Assembly: GCF_009914755.1 (NCBI RefSeq)
Contig: NC_060933.1
Origin: the human T2T-CHM13v2.0 reference genome, Homo sapiens
Reading direction: 5' to 3' (one strand)
DNA length: 64,000 bases
Of this stretch, positions 49,372 to 64,000 are shown one piece after another. Each line of letters begins with the position of its first letter. Positions within the stretch are counted from its first letter, which is position 1. The position numbers were made by a program, and so were the translations under genes. Under the pieces are notes generated by a model that ran no database searches, was not told where the DNA came from, and was given only the letters and a program-made list of their open reading frames with translations.

Positions 49372-50250
49372 CTAATGAAGAGAAAACAAAAAGTTGAAAT
49401 CACCATCTTCATCAAATCAGTTATATAACCAGTCAGTAGAGCTAAATGGGCAAACATTAAAACAAAAAACTCCCCACTGTACTTGAAAAGTATGAAAATG
49501 TCCTAGTGTTGAGATTGGCCAAACACAAGAACAAGGGAGGTATCAAATAATAATATTCAGGTAACATTTATTAAGAGTCTCTAGATACTAAACACTCAAA
49601 AAGATAAATCTTCTAGGAATAGTTCAGGTACATTCCTTATGAAGGAAGAGGATAGTCTTAATCTTCTTCACTTTTGGTATGCTTTGTGTATCAAAATATT
49701 AGCAAGAATGGAAGGCAAAGTTCCATATAAAATGTTGTTAAAATAAGGTAACATAAGAAGATAAGGAGTGTGGGGAAAATAAGCGTTGATAAAGAATTAT
49801 TTAAACTGCTGCTAAATATTTTATCTCGTAACAGCACACAACAACTTAGACTCTGAAACATTTCAAGCAGAAATATTTCAAATAAAAGAAACAGTTTAAC
49901 CACAAGCAGTTCATTCATACTTCGTGACACTGGTCCATACTAGCTATTGGTCTGTAGTGTGGACTTTTTAATGGGACTTTTCATTAGAAGTCAATCTGTA
50001 CAAACCATTTTTCAATAGTTTCTATGTGGTACTTTTATGGAGTGCCTAAATATATAAAAATTGACTGCTTCACCAAGACTAAAAGTAAAATAAGCATATT
50101 AATTTAATATTTAAAAATTTCTTACAATATAAAGCAAACATTGTCTTAAGATTTTTAGCTTTCTGGGAAGATATAAACAAACTGACTGAAAAACTTCAAG
50201 CACATTCTACAGCAATGCCAGTATTTGTAGTTTTAGAGGAAAATACTTAC

Positions 50251-50463
50251 TCTTATGTTTGGGCTGCAAAAATTTTTTGCCCAGGTACAAAACAACACCC
50301 ATTACCACCATGTAGTTTATGATTGAGCCAATACGAGAGGGGTAGGCAATGACAAACAGGCCCAGCACATCAAAGAAGACCATGTTTCCATGTCGATACT
50401 TAGAAGCAGCAGCCAGCATATCAGATGTAGCTAGATGCTTAAGAACTGCTAAAATGTTGTCAC
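50251..50463 (-). CDS. ERMP1: ERMP1 coding exon (~exon 7; GDNILAVLK...QPKHK)
   Basis: taatag / gtaagt; 213 nt. Confidence 0.95.
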
Positions 50464-51264
50464 CTATTAGTAAAAACAAAAAAAAAAAGAAAGAAAAGGA
50501 AAAAGATAAAAAGGCTGAATAAACTATTTGTGATTTACACATACCACTATTTAAAGCAGAAATAAACCATATACTGTTTGAATGAAGAAATGGTTAGAAA
50601 GAATGTGAACAGAAATCGCTTTCTACCATCCTACTGCTCTCCCTCACTTTTTTTACTAAATTTCTCAAATAAGGTCCATCCCCTGCCTTTCTCCATTTCC
50701 TCTCCACTCAGACGCTCAGCCAACTGGCCTGTATCTTTTCCCTTCTATTAGAACTATTCTCTGTGATCAATTGTACCTTCATTGTTGACAAATCCAATGG
50801 CTGTTTCTTGGTACCCATTCATTTAATAATATATATTAACTGTACTAGACACTCTTCTAGATATCAGAAATTTAGTGGTGAACCAAGAGACAAAGGCCTT
50901 TCACGAAGCTCAGAGATGCTGAACAAGCTGTCACACATGTGTTAAAAATTGAGGAGAGCTAGCAGAGTTCCACAGGAAAACATCATGGGAGACTAACAGA
51001 GCTACATTCTTACCACTCAGCAATCCTCCCAACCCTGGGCCAACTCCTTTTTCATTTCCTCACAATGAATATTCCTGACCTTAATTGCTACACTAGACTA
51101 CAAGACTAAAATTCAAGATCTCATCTCTCCAACTCCAAAGCCCTAGCTCATTCACATTGCATACTGCCTCTCTAATGCACAGGCCACAGAATATTTACAA
51201 GTTTATGTATCATCCCTAACATTCCATCTTAGTGTATATCAAAAGTCTAAATTGGAATACCAAC

Positions 51265-51357
51265 CTGCTCTCTGAATGGAATCTGTTAGAATTCTGTCCG
51301 CTGTGTCATACTTGGTGTGATAAATGTATCCATTCTCAATAAAAGCTAAGTCTATTC
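51265..51357 (-). CDS. ERMP1: ERMP1 coding exon (~exon 6; [18 protein letters not shown]...IQRA)
   Basis: ttttag / gttggt; 93 nt; YHT Zn-ligand His motif of M28; not in ORF track. Confidence 0.94.
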
Positions 51358-52028
51358 CTAAAACATATATATAGAAAAAAAAAAGTCATTTTGCTTTAAA
51401 GATCAACCTTGCTTTCGACCTATTTCTTTAATAAATTCCTAAAAGACAAAATGTCAAAGCAGTGGCACGATTGCTTTGTCACATTTACAAACGACTGATA
51501 TAAATTCTCTTCCAAATTCTTACACAGTCTATAGCTTTGGTACATAATTCGATACATAATGATTGAAGAAGTATATTACTCCACAGGTAGGCATTACAAG
51601 TCACACAGCAAGGATAGGAATATTGAGTTTGGGAGGTCATGAAAATTTTGCCACCTACATTCTTGCCAGGCCAGAGCCAAATTTTAACTTCAAATAAGTT
51701 GTACATACAAGTTGCCAAGGGAGTTGGCAAACCAAGACAACAACGAAAGACCCCTGAAGGATCTATTACCATCTTTTGGGAATGAGGTGCTAAACAGTTC
51801 ACCCCTGTTCTTCTATGGGGAAAGATGACATATTTTAGAGGAGGCCAGCATTTAAATTAGTATGGAGTTTAAAAAAGGAAACAAACTCTGTTTTAGTGAG
51901 TCAATGTATATTTCTCACATAAAGAATTTGATCTCAGAAAATGCTGTTTACTCACATACTTTCAAGATTTAAAATTTGCTTTTGATAAATAAATGCTGCA
52001 CAGTAGGCCGTAACCATTGACAATATAC

Positions 52029-52175
52029 CTGGAATGTTCCCAAAATCCCTGTAGATACGAAAGTCAGTATCTGAAGGAATGATTCCACTCTGAAAAACCT
52101 CCTGAGCCACCACAGAAGCAAAAGGGTGTTTAGCTGCTGAAACATAAGCTTGAACCAACCAAGGATTTTCAGGAC
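52029..52175 (-). CDS. ERMP1: ERMP1 coding exon (~exon 5; GPENPWL...[17 protein letters not shown])
   Basis: ttttag / gtatat; 147 nt, phase 1/1; SDTDF motif. Confidence 0.95.
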
Positions 52176-52572
52176 CTAAAATGAAAGATGACAACACAAT
52201 AGAAGGTATTCCGGCAATTTTTTTTAACATACTAATGTTTTTCAACACATAGAAAACAGTAAAAGTGGTGGTTTTGGGAGACGGGTCCAATATGTACCTT
52301 TTCATCCCTTTTTCTGTAGTTTCCAATGTTTCTCTGATATATGTGTTTGACTTTTAGAATAAAAACCTTTTGTGAAAATAAAGTATAAAATAACAGCAAT
52401 ACAAAAGTCTGTCTGAAAATGAAAGATCATTCATAAATCTATCATCCTAAAATGCCTATTATCAATTGTATATCTTTAATTTTCTTACTAATGTAGAATT
52501 GTGTGTATATAGCTGTACTCAAGATATATATACTTTGTACATTTGTTTTCACTTAACATTATATTAAATGCA

Positions 52573-52820
52573 TTTTCCTATGTTGCTAGATACAAATTGG
52601 GTATACCTTATCTGAAATGCTTGGGATCAGAAGTATTTTGGATTTTTTACTTTTTCGGATTTTGGAATATCTGCATTATACTAGTAAGCATCCCTAATCC
52701 TAAAATCCAAAATCAGAAATGCTCCAATGAACATTTTTGAGCATCATGTCAGTGCTCAAAAAGTTGTGAATTGTGGAGCATTATGGATTTCAAATTTTCA
52801 GATTAGGGATGCTCAATCTG
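52573..52820 (+). mobile_element. Tigger4/MER46-type Tc1-mariner MITE
   Basis: TIRs caaattgggtataccttatctgaaa / ttttcagattagggatgctcaatctg; TA on both sides. Confidence 0.82.
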
Positions 52821-52987
52821 TATTATAATAATCATTTTGATAACTGCTTAACATTTCACTGAATATGCCATAAAGTTCCTTGTTACTTTTTATAATTTAT
52901 CATTATTAATAATTTTCCATCTGTATCTCATACATCTACAGCTTTTTCAAATGGGAGTTTTTCCTGTAGGATAGTGGGATACATTGT

Positions 52988-53068
52988 TTTATAATTTATA
53001 TAATTATATAATTATACGTATATTTATATAATTATAATTATATAATTATATGTATAATTGTATAATTA
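52988..53068. repeat. AT-rich (TATAAT-like) simple repeat
   Basis: ataattatataattatac... array. Confidence 0.85.
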
Positions 53069-53502
53069 TTCACTCTTCCCTCGCTGAAAAAGGATTATAC
53101 ATTCCTACTCTTGCCACATACCTTGTAATGCCTGCCTGGGGAATGAGTACATACTCTTCTGTACCTATTAACTGCAGGCGTGGCTACATGACTTGCTCTA
53201 GCCAACAGACTGTGAGGAGGAATGACATGACCCTCAACTGGGCAGAGTTTTCAAAGGCATTAACATCATTCATACTTATCCTTAACTTTGATTTGTGAGA
53301 TCAATACATCCCTTATAGGGGCTTCTCCTTCAGCCTGGATCCCAGAATGAATAAGACACATGGAACATAATAACCGTGGACCATAACTGCAGTTATTCAG
53401 AAACCAAAATGCAACACGAGCAAGAAATAAGCCTTTGCTGTTGTAAACCACCAAGATTTTGGGGTTGTTACCACAAAACTTAGCAACATATTGACTGATG
53501 TA
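53062..53502 (+). mobile_element. MLT1 (MaLR, MLT1J-like) LTR
   Basis: Typical 3' end aagaaataagcctttgctgttgtaaaccac...gactgat. Confidence 0.65.
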
Positions 53503-53600
53503 AACAGACCAAGTAACTGAATGTCAGGGAATCTAAGAATATTGTTTTTTTAACTTCACAGATTATAAAATTGCTTTCCTACATTTTAAAAAATGACCAA

Positions 53601-53895
<295 letters not shown>

Positions 53896-56024
53896 TGACC
53901 CAAAAAAGCAGAGGGACCCTATAGAAACAGACATACAAGTAATCCAGATACTGGAGTTACCAGACACAGATTCTAAAATAATTATGATTAATATGTTTTA
54001 AAAAACACAGATATCAGTAATTTCACCAGACAAGTATAATCTATTTAAAAGAGTCCTACAAATGGAAATCCTAGAATGAAAAAACATAACTGATGTTGCG
54101 AATTTTAATAAATGGGCTTAACACAAAGTTTAATACAGCAGAAGAAAGGATTAAAATTAAAGCATAAAAAGAAAAAAAGGTTGGAAAATACACAAATGTG
54201 AGTAATTGGAGTCCCAAAAGAACAGAAGATAGAATGGAGAAGATAAATGTTTAAAGACTTAATGGCCAAGAATCTTCCAAAACTCATAGAATTCAAGCCA
54301 CGAATTCAAAAAGGTCTACAAACCCCAAACAAGATAAATATAAAGAAAAACTGTATCTGGCACCATTTACTTTTGAATACTATTCCCCACCAAAAGAAAC
54401 CAAGCCTCCTTAGAGAAATGGCTGATTCCAGGTCTGGGACTAGCAAAGTACAAGGTAAGTTGAAACATCTGTGCCAGAAAGTAAGAAAGTGATCAAAAAG
54501 ACATGTCAAAGGGGCTCAGGCACTGATTTGAAATAGACACCACTGGCCTAAACTGGGACAATTCATGCAACAAAATAAACAATAGTAACAGAATATATAG
54601 AGTAAAATTAAAATACATAAAGTACTGAAATAACAAAAAAAAAAAAAAAAAAAAGGAAAATGGAAAGCCTTCCTTCTTGCAGAATTCCAACTATGACCTA
54701 CAGGCAGAATGATGGAACCAGAAACTCAGCAGTAGCATTTGGTAAACATTGTAATAAAAATGCTTGGGGACAAGAGTCATCAATGATTGCTAAAACTAGG
54801 ATCAAAGTTTTATGACAAACAGGATATTTACCTAAAGTATCTATCACTAAGGGGAAATCAGTAACTTGTACAAAGAAAGAAATAGTAGAAAAACCTGGCA
54901 AATAAATACCTTAATCAAACGATGAAAATGTAGTATCATTAATAATGAGACAAACAGATACCACATGCATCCTGATGTGATGCACTGAGGACACAAATAC
55001 AAAAGGAAAAAGAACTATGATGATGGGGAAATACGTACATTACGAGATCTTATCATATTAAAATACTATTATTAAAATATTACTATTTGATATTAAGAAA
55101 TTTATGCTAAAAAATACAATGAAAACCATACTGAAAAACAGGTAAAGCCAAACTATCATTAATTATCTTAAAACTTAGGATAATAGTTCCTCTTAGATGG
55201 GAGGGAGTTGTATTTGAGAAGAGAGGTTAAAAAAAATGCCTAGGCAGGCAAGGCAATCCACCCTCTTCCATGAGACAGAGTTAAAAAGATTTTCACCTTA
55301 CAATAATTAAGTTTTCAACTTTATAATTAAATGCTATATTTGATCCTGGGTAGGAACCCAGATTTTTTTTTAAATGGTTAGGACATTAATGGAACAACTG
55401 GAAAAATCTGAATATGCATTATTATAGTTTAATATTAATATTTCTTGAGTGTGATCAATGTTCTGTTACAGAAGAGCATGTCCCTGTTTATCTGAGATGA
55501 TCATCCTGAGATTATCAATTGACATGATTTTTCTCTTTATTCTGATAATGTAGTGAATTACACAGATTGATTTTCAAATATTATACCATCCTGTTGATCA
55601 ACTTGGTTGGAAAGTATTATCTTTTGTATATATAAATATTCCTGGATTCAGTTTGCTAATACTTAATTTAGGACTTTTGCATCTAAAGTTGGTATTACCT
55701 ACCCAAAATATCTACCAAAGCTGAACATATACACATCTTATGACCCAGCGATTCCACTCAGAAATGTGCATACACATACATGTGTACCAAAAGACATTTA
55801 CGAGAATGTTCACAGCAGCACCATTCATAGCAAAAACCTGGAAACAACATAACAGCACCAACGGAATGGATCAATTGTTGTAGAATTGACTAGTGTTCGG
55901 CAAGAAAAAAGAATGAACTACAGATGAGGAAGTGAAGCTCGGAGTGGTCACATGACCTGTCCAAGGTTCCACGTGTAGAATGTGCTATAGCTAAAGTTTT
56001 GAGGTTTGACCTTAGATCATCTAA

Positions 56025-56697
<673 letters not shown>

Positions 56698-57209
56698 TAA
56701 GGTGGCAGGCAGATACAGAAACATTTTCAATTGACATTCTTTCTCCTGCCATCATCTAAATCCTATGATGCTTCCAGCTTCTTGTGTGTTCATTTCTCAA
56801 GAATGAGCCTCATCTTTCTTAATGCAAAGAGTATGGGCATGCGTAACGTTCAGAGGAGGTAGGCCTCAGTGCCAAGAATAGTAAGTCAAAGTTCTCTAGA
56901 AGTCCAGGGAAAACAGACCCAGCTCAGCAGACCCACAGCATCCTTCCACTGCTTTACTTCCTTCAATCTCTAGTTACGGCATCAATACACAAAAGGAAAA
57001 AAAAAAAGGAGGAACTAATAAAAGAGACTAAGAGTGGTAAATATTATGATGGAAGCCAAGTAACATGAGGCCTGAAAACTGACTGAATTTGCCAATGTGA
57101 CCTTTACAAGAATAGTCGTGGTGAAGTGGGGAGGCTAAAGCTGACTAGAATTGTTCAAGAATAGATCACATGGTGGATCTATCGATTTTGGTGGATCTCG
57201 GTATATCAA

Positions 57210-57314
57210 GGTGGATCACTTGAGCCCAGGAGCTGGAGAACTGTGAGCCATGATTGCATCACTGCATTCCAGCCTAGATGACAAAGCAAGATCCTATCTC
57301 AAAAAAAAAAAAAA
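57210..57314 (+). mobile_element. Alu 3' fragment
   Basis: Right-arm end plus A tail. Confidence 0.88.
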
Positions 57315-57574
57315 GCAGTTATTCAAGACTATGACTACAGACCATTCTTTTGAGGAATTCTGCAGTAGAGGGTCAGAGGAATAAGACTAGCTAGCAGGTT
57401 GTGATAAAAGTGGTTTTCTTTAAAATGGAGGAAAAGGTATGTCTGCATGCAAATGGAAATGATCCTATAGAGAGAGAAAAATTAATGATGGAAGAAAGAA
57501 AAAAATTATCATGACCAGTCTCCTACTCATACACTAAAGGTATTTCCAATTTTCTACTCTTAAGAGAAAACCAA

Positions 57575-57880
57575 GACTGGACATGATGCCTCATGCCTTT
57601 AATCCCAGCACTTTGGGAGGCCAAGGAAGGAAGACTGCTTAAGTCCAGAAGTTTGAGACCAGCCTGGGCAACACAGTGAGACCCTGTCTCTACAAAAAGT
57701 AAAAAACTGGCTGGGCATGGTGGCACGTGCCTGTCATCCCAGCTACTCAGGAGGCTGAAGCAGGCAGATCACTTGAGCCCAGGAGCTGGAAACCAGTGAG
57801 CCATGACTGCTCCACCACATTCCAGCCTGGGCAACAAAGCAAGATCCTATCTCAAAAAAAAAAAAAGAAAAGAAAAGAAA
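57575..57880 (+). mobile_element. AluJ
   Basis: Full dimer, TSD-like agaaaacc(c)aaga. Confidence 0.92.
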
Positions 57881-58144
57881 ACCCAAGATGACTTAGATTT
57901 ATGTCAACTATTTCTGCAGGTTAAATTCCCAGAAATGGGTCTGCTGAACTGAAGAGCCTGCACATTTAAAAAAGTAATACATGTTGCCAAAATGCACATC
58001 TACATTCTCACTAACAGTGTATGAAAATGACTGCTTATACTCATCAGCACTGGGCATTATCATTTTACTAACTTTTTGCTGATCAAGTATTTTAAAAATC
58101 CTTACTGTTATATGTATTTGCATTTATTCTCAAATAAAACTGTT

Positions 58145-59133
58145 TAATTTGGCAGTTTCTTAAAAAGCTATGCATAAATTTACTATACATCCCAGGAATT
58201 CCATTCCTAGGTATCTAAAAGAAATGAAAATATACGTTTACACAAAGACTTACACATGAATGTTTACTCCAGCATTATCATAAAAGTCTAAAAGTGGAAA
58301 CAATCCAAATATCCATCGATGGATGAATGGATAAACGAAACATAATACATCCATACAGTGGGTTAGTCAGCCATTAAAAAAAAATGAAGTACTAATACAT
58401 GCGACAATGTGGATGAACCTTGTGAAAGCTGTCAGAATCAAAACAGACTCACTTGCGTTAAAAACTCCGATAACGGAGCCAGGGAAGGCCATGAAGGGAG
58501 GGTTCTCATGCACAAATGCCTGATAACAAGAATTATCACAAAAGACTCTTCAAAAACCACAACCTTGCATAAAGGCCATTGCAACCTCATATCAAACAAA
58601 AAACTTCAGCAAGGACATCAGCCCAGCAACTGCCTGTCCAATCTCAGACTGGTGCCACCCTTGTTATTGATCCTTGTAGCCAAGGATAATTATCCCTAAA
58701 AAATTATGTAATCCTCTTCATTTTTCCTATAAAAACTTTTGTCTTCCTTTACTGCCCTGGTTTACTATGGCACATAGTTTCACAGTTTACTATGGCACAT
58801 GTATTCCTACTGCAACACCCATTACTAAATACCATCTTCTTTGAGAGTCTCCCTCTGTTATTTAGATTAACAATCTGAAATACATTACACTAAGTAAAAA
58901 AACCCAAACGCAAACAATCACGTGTTGTATGATTACATTTATATGAAATGTCTACAGCAGGAAAATCTATAGAGACACAAAGTAGACAGGCAGTTGCCTA
59001 GGGATGGGGGAAAATGGGAGTGACTGCTAATGAGTTTCCTATTTGGGATGATAAAAACATTCTAAAATTGATTATGATGATGATTGCACAACTAAGAATT
59101 ATATATCTCAATAAAGCTGTAACTTTAAAAAAA
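58145..59133 (+). mobile_element. L1MB-type 3' end, interrupted by an LTR
   Basis: ggaaacaatccaaatatccatc...ggatgaacct / gaaatacattacactaagt continuity across the LTR. Confidence 0.8.
58421..58872 (+). mobile_element. ERV1-class solo LTR (LTR54-like, tentative)
   Basis: TG...CA termini, imperfect 4-bp TSD acct/atct, TATA-like cctataaaaa ~58727. Confidence 0.75.
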
Positions 59134-59158
59134 AGAATTCATTCTAAAGAAGGCTACA

Positions 59159-59448
59159 GGCCGGGCGTGGTGGGTCACACCTGTAATCCCAGCACTTTGG
59201 GAAACTGAGTGGGCCGATCACCTGAGCTCAGGAGTTTGAGACCAGCCTGGCCAACATGGTGAAACCCCGTCTCCACTAAAAATACAAAAATTAGCCAGGC
59301 ATGGTGTCACACACCTGTAATCCCAGCTACATGGCAGGCTGAGGCAAGAGAATCGCTTGAACCCAGGAGGCAGAGGGTGCAGTGAGCTGAGATCGCGTCA
59401 CTGCACTCCACTCTAAGCGACAGAGCGAGACTCCACCTCAAAAAGAAA
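59159..59448 (+). mobile_element. AluS
   Basis: Full dimer. Confidence 0.94.
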
Positions 59449-61088
59449 AGGTGGCTATAAAGTAGCAGACAGAATATGATTCTATTTTTGCCAAGAAATA
59501 TATATACACATATATAAATGTATATTAATGTTTGCATTTAGAAAAAAATTCTAGAAGAGTATAGACTAAACTATTACACTAGTTTGCTCTGGATGGTAGA
59601 ATTACAGGGGCATGAATATTTTCCCAAGAGGAAAAAAGATTCTGTGACCCTTTTGCTATCAAGCCTCTCTCACTCATGAAATGAGGTCACTGGTCTGATA
59701 AAATCAAGTCATTCTTTCTGGCCCTTCTTAAAAATTAGGTAGTAATGATTATTCTAGTCACTAAAAACTCCCCAAATGAATGTCGCTCTCAGAAGTGACA
59801 AGGGAGTTCCAGAGCACAAACTGTTTAACCAAAAAGTTTCCAGGGCAGGACAAATATTATCACACAGAAAAAGGAGTATGGTTTAAAAAGCTGAGGACAG
59901 CACAATCTGGCATATACTCTCAAGCACAACTCCAAACCCAGGAGGGCCTTTATCCTCTTTTAGTCAAACATGAAAATAACACTAACTAGCTTTTTGAAAG
60001 CCATGCCCACAAGAAGCGTAGTCTTTTGTAGGCAGTGGCATTAAAAGTGACAGAGATGCTGGGAAAGGTTTCAGAATGTCAGAAAGCACCCAGAAAGCTT
60101 TCAGGTATGGAGTTTAGCCAAAATAATGAGCTCCAAAACCTAGAGGGAGAAAAAATCATGTAAAATTTCAGAGTAAGGAGGGAAATAATCTCTTCAAATC
60201 TTTTGTATGACACCCCTCCAAAAAAATTAATTTTGAAACATGGGGATTTCAGAACAAGTAAAACATTTAAATTTTATGTTTATACTAACCAGTCATAAAT
60301 CTGTTTTTTGCTTTATTATTAAAGTGATCATATACATTGCAAAAATTTAAATACATAAAATTATAGAAAGTAGTGCATTAATGACAATCAATTCTGGTCT
60401 TAAATTCATGAAGCAACAGAGAATTTAAACTGTTGTTTTACCTTTAACCTAGTCCTCCATTCCAGTCACACTTAGCCCAGTTCTACCAGCAACTGCTCAC
60501 CATCCAGCTAGGAGCATTATTAACAGTTTGTTTACACCCTTTCAGATAATGTAATTATTTTTAGAATTTATGCAGCTGCAGAATTTTTGTCTAAAACCAT
60601 ATGCATTTAATAAAAAGAGTAAGGACTCTGGGCTGCCCAGGCCTACCAAAAATGAGTACTTAATAAATGTAAATAAGTAATGTTAGTCAGTCTGGACCTG
60701 ACTAGCCCTTGGTAAGTGTTTTAACCTCTCCGGACTACACATATGTAAAATATGTTAACATACGTACATAAAATACTTATGCATTAATATATATGTACAT
60801 AGAAAAAAATCTAGAAAGGGTGCAGATTAAACCATAAGGCTGGTTTTTCTCTGGATAGGAGCAGTATAGGGGCAAGGTGCTGTGCTAATAAATTAAAAGC
60901 ATGGAGATGAAGGCACTTAACACATAGTATACTTCAACATGGAAAATACACAGACACACTCCTGCTTACATGGAGCCCTGACATTTTTCACAATAGGAAA
61001 GAAGACTGAGTGTCCTCTCTCCTTCAGAATTTTCTTTTGCTGCTTTTTGATCTGGTGGTTGTTACATGTATGTGTTCCTCCTATCCTA

Positions 61089-61487
<399 letters not shown>

Positions 61488-61949
61488 TTAGAGTAAGAAT
61501 AAAGCAGAAAGGTTTGAGAATTGAAAACAGAACCTTGCTGCTTCTGACATCATGACCTTGAGAATCTCAAACGCTTAGCTAAAGTAAAATATACATACAT
61601 TTTGAAAGATAAAAGATTAAAATAAGTTTGATGGAGACTATTAAAATATAGTATTGTTTAGGTTATGAAGACATACTTAGCATAGTTTCATAATTTAAAT
61701 AAAATCAGGTCTTAAGAGGGTGCTACAAAACAAGTTCCCACATCATCTTACTTCACCTAGCCCATCTCAGCACACAACACACTCTTGAATATTAAAACAT
61801 CTAGCAAATGCTACATCTCTGGATAAAATGCATTACCCAAATTTCTAACAGGGCAGGGAAATGGAATGGAACTTCCAATGTCAAATTTTAGTATGCCCCC
61901 ACTAAAAAAATCTATGAGCTCTGAATTTTGTTAATAAAGACAATTAAAA

Positions 61950-62090
61950 CCCATTTATGCCTGAGGTTGCAATTTTTTTAATTTTTGCATGTGTGAAAAA
62001 TCAGACCTTGGCGATGAGGCTTGAGCAGTAGGATATAAATAACTCCCACATGCTTAGCGTTCCAATAATGGAACACTAGGCATAAATAGG
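61950..62090 (+). mobile_element. MER85 (piggyBac PGBD3-derived MITE)
   Basis: 141 bp; TIRs cccatttatgcct / aggcataaatagg; internal palindrome gttccaataatggaac 62059-62074; degenerate TTAA flanks. Confidence 0.92.
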
Positions 62091-62121
62091 CTAAGTTGAT
62101 ATCCTTAGAAAAGTTTAATCA

Positions 62122-62439
<318 letters not shown>

Positions 62440-62589
62440 TTATTCTGGCTGATTAAATATTACTAAATTTTTTTAACATTCCACTAAATCAATGATAAAT
62501 TTAAACCTGTTACATACACTACAGGTAAATTTTCTCATTTTAACTCATGAAATGATTGACATTTAACAATATTTATATCATAACCACCC

Positions 62590-62850
62590 ACAGTGGCTAA
62601 AAGTTCACTACCTATATAACAATCCAATTAGAGGTTAAGAACAAAGTTTCTGGACCCGGACTGTCTAGGTTCAAATCACACTCTGCCATTAAACAACTGT
62701 GAAACCTTAGGCAAGTTATAATCTCTCTGGACTCAGTTTCATCTCTAAAATGGAAGTAACAGTACTTATCTTACATGTTGTTTGGAGGATTCAATGACTT
62801 AATATATATGAAATGGTTTGAACAACACTTGGCATATAATAAGCACTATA
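62590..62850 (+). mobile_element. MIR
   Basis: MIR core ggttcaaatc...ctcagtttcatctctaaaatgg. Confidence 0.75.
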
Positions 62851-63036
62851 CAAGTGTTAGATGCTGCATTATTTGGTTCAAAATTTTTAACAAAGACAAG
62901 CTAACACCACCTCATGCTTTAAAAAGAATGCTCATTCAAGAGACTGTTTATTGAAGATATTATTTATAATCAAAAACTTTCTACTTTTACAAAAACTAGA
63001 ATTGCATTAAAATATACAACGCACAATCTCACATAC

Positions 63037-63142
63037 CTGTTTGGAATACAAGTTCTTTCCCTCCTACACCTGCTGCCTCTAGGTTAATGAATGCACGAAT
63101 CAAGCTAGCCCAGGGGTGCTGAGTAATGAAACCATGACTGGC
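63037..63142 (-). CDS. ERMP1: ERMP1 coding exon (~exon 4; [12 protein letters not shown]...[18 protein letters not shown]), M28 peptidase domain
   Basis: tttaag acceptor, gtatgt donor on - strand; 106 nt; NLE metal-ligand motif typical of M28. Confidence 0.95.
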
Positions 63143-63374
63143 CTTAAAGAGAAGGAAAGAAAACAAATATTTGTTAAACAATCTTAAATTATCAGTCTTG
63201 ATTTTGCTTAAACACAGAGAGACTACTTTGATGAGGTAAGGAATATGAAAACAAAATAATCGCTCTTCAAAGGCAGTATCCAAAGACATCTTCTGCTTCT
63301 TTTCCTATGCATAATGGCCATGCACATCAGGTTCGGAAAGTCACCTATCACAGAAGGCAGCCTGGTGACCATCA

Positions 63375-63842
<468 letters not shown>

Positions 63843-64000
63843 CCTTCTCTTTTTAAAAAGAAAGAAAAAAAAGAGAACAGGAGAAGAGACGATCCATATG
63901 GCTGGGCATTTATTTGTGCCTGTCTCAAAACATCTCTGAAACTTCAATGTCAAAGAAAACCTGAGGAGAGTAATTATGCCAGCGAGAGCCCTTCTCTCAA

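Overview
Primate (almost certainly human) genomic DNA containing two convergent protein-coding genes. On the + strand are the last 9 coding exons and 3'UTR of RIC1/KIAA1432 (RAB6A GEF complex subunit; stop at 13386-13388, distal polyA signals ~15560-15690). On the - strand are the last 12 coding exons and 3'UTR of ERMP1 (ER metallopeptidase, M28 family; stop at 26284-26286, polyA signal 23724-23729). From memory this pair lies at 9p24.1. All 21 exons were delimited by GT-AG sites, and the reading phases are consistent across every junction. The rest is ordinary TE-rich intron or intergenic DNA: about 29 Alu pieces, several L1s (one near-full-length L1PA with a ~1.6 kb internal deletion), MLT2/MLT1/ERV1 solo LTRs, MER58, Tigger4/MER46 and MER85. 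I found no convincing new multi-gene system. The most interesting unexplained structures are: a candidate 53-nt ERMP1 poison exon whose 3' splice site is folded into a hairpin; an intact MER85 (CSB-PGBD3 binding palindrome); a ~205-bp intronic duplication with inverted/snap-back junctions; a 3'UTR-only retrocopy (probably HNRNPA3); a micro-inversion in an old L1; an Alu-derived higher-order minisatellite; an intronic-polyA RIC1 isoform; and a target site reused by two retroelements. TE subfamily names and exon numbers come from memory, and TE boundaries without TSDs are approximate.
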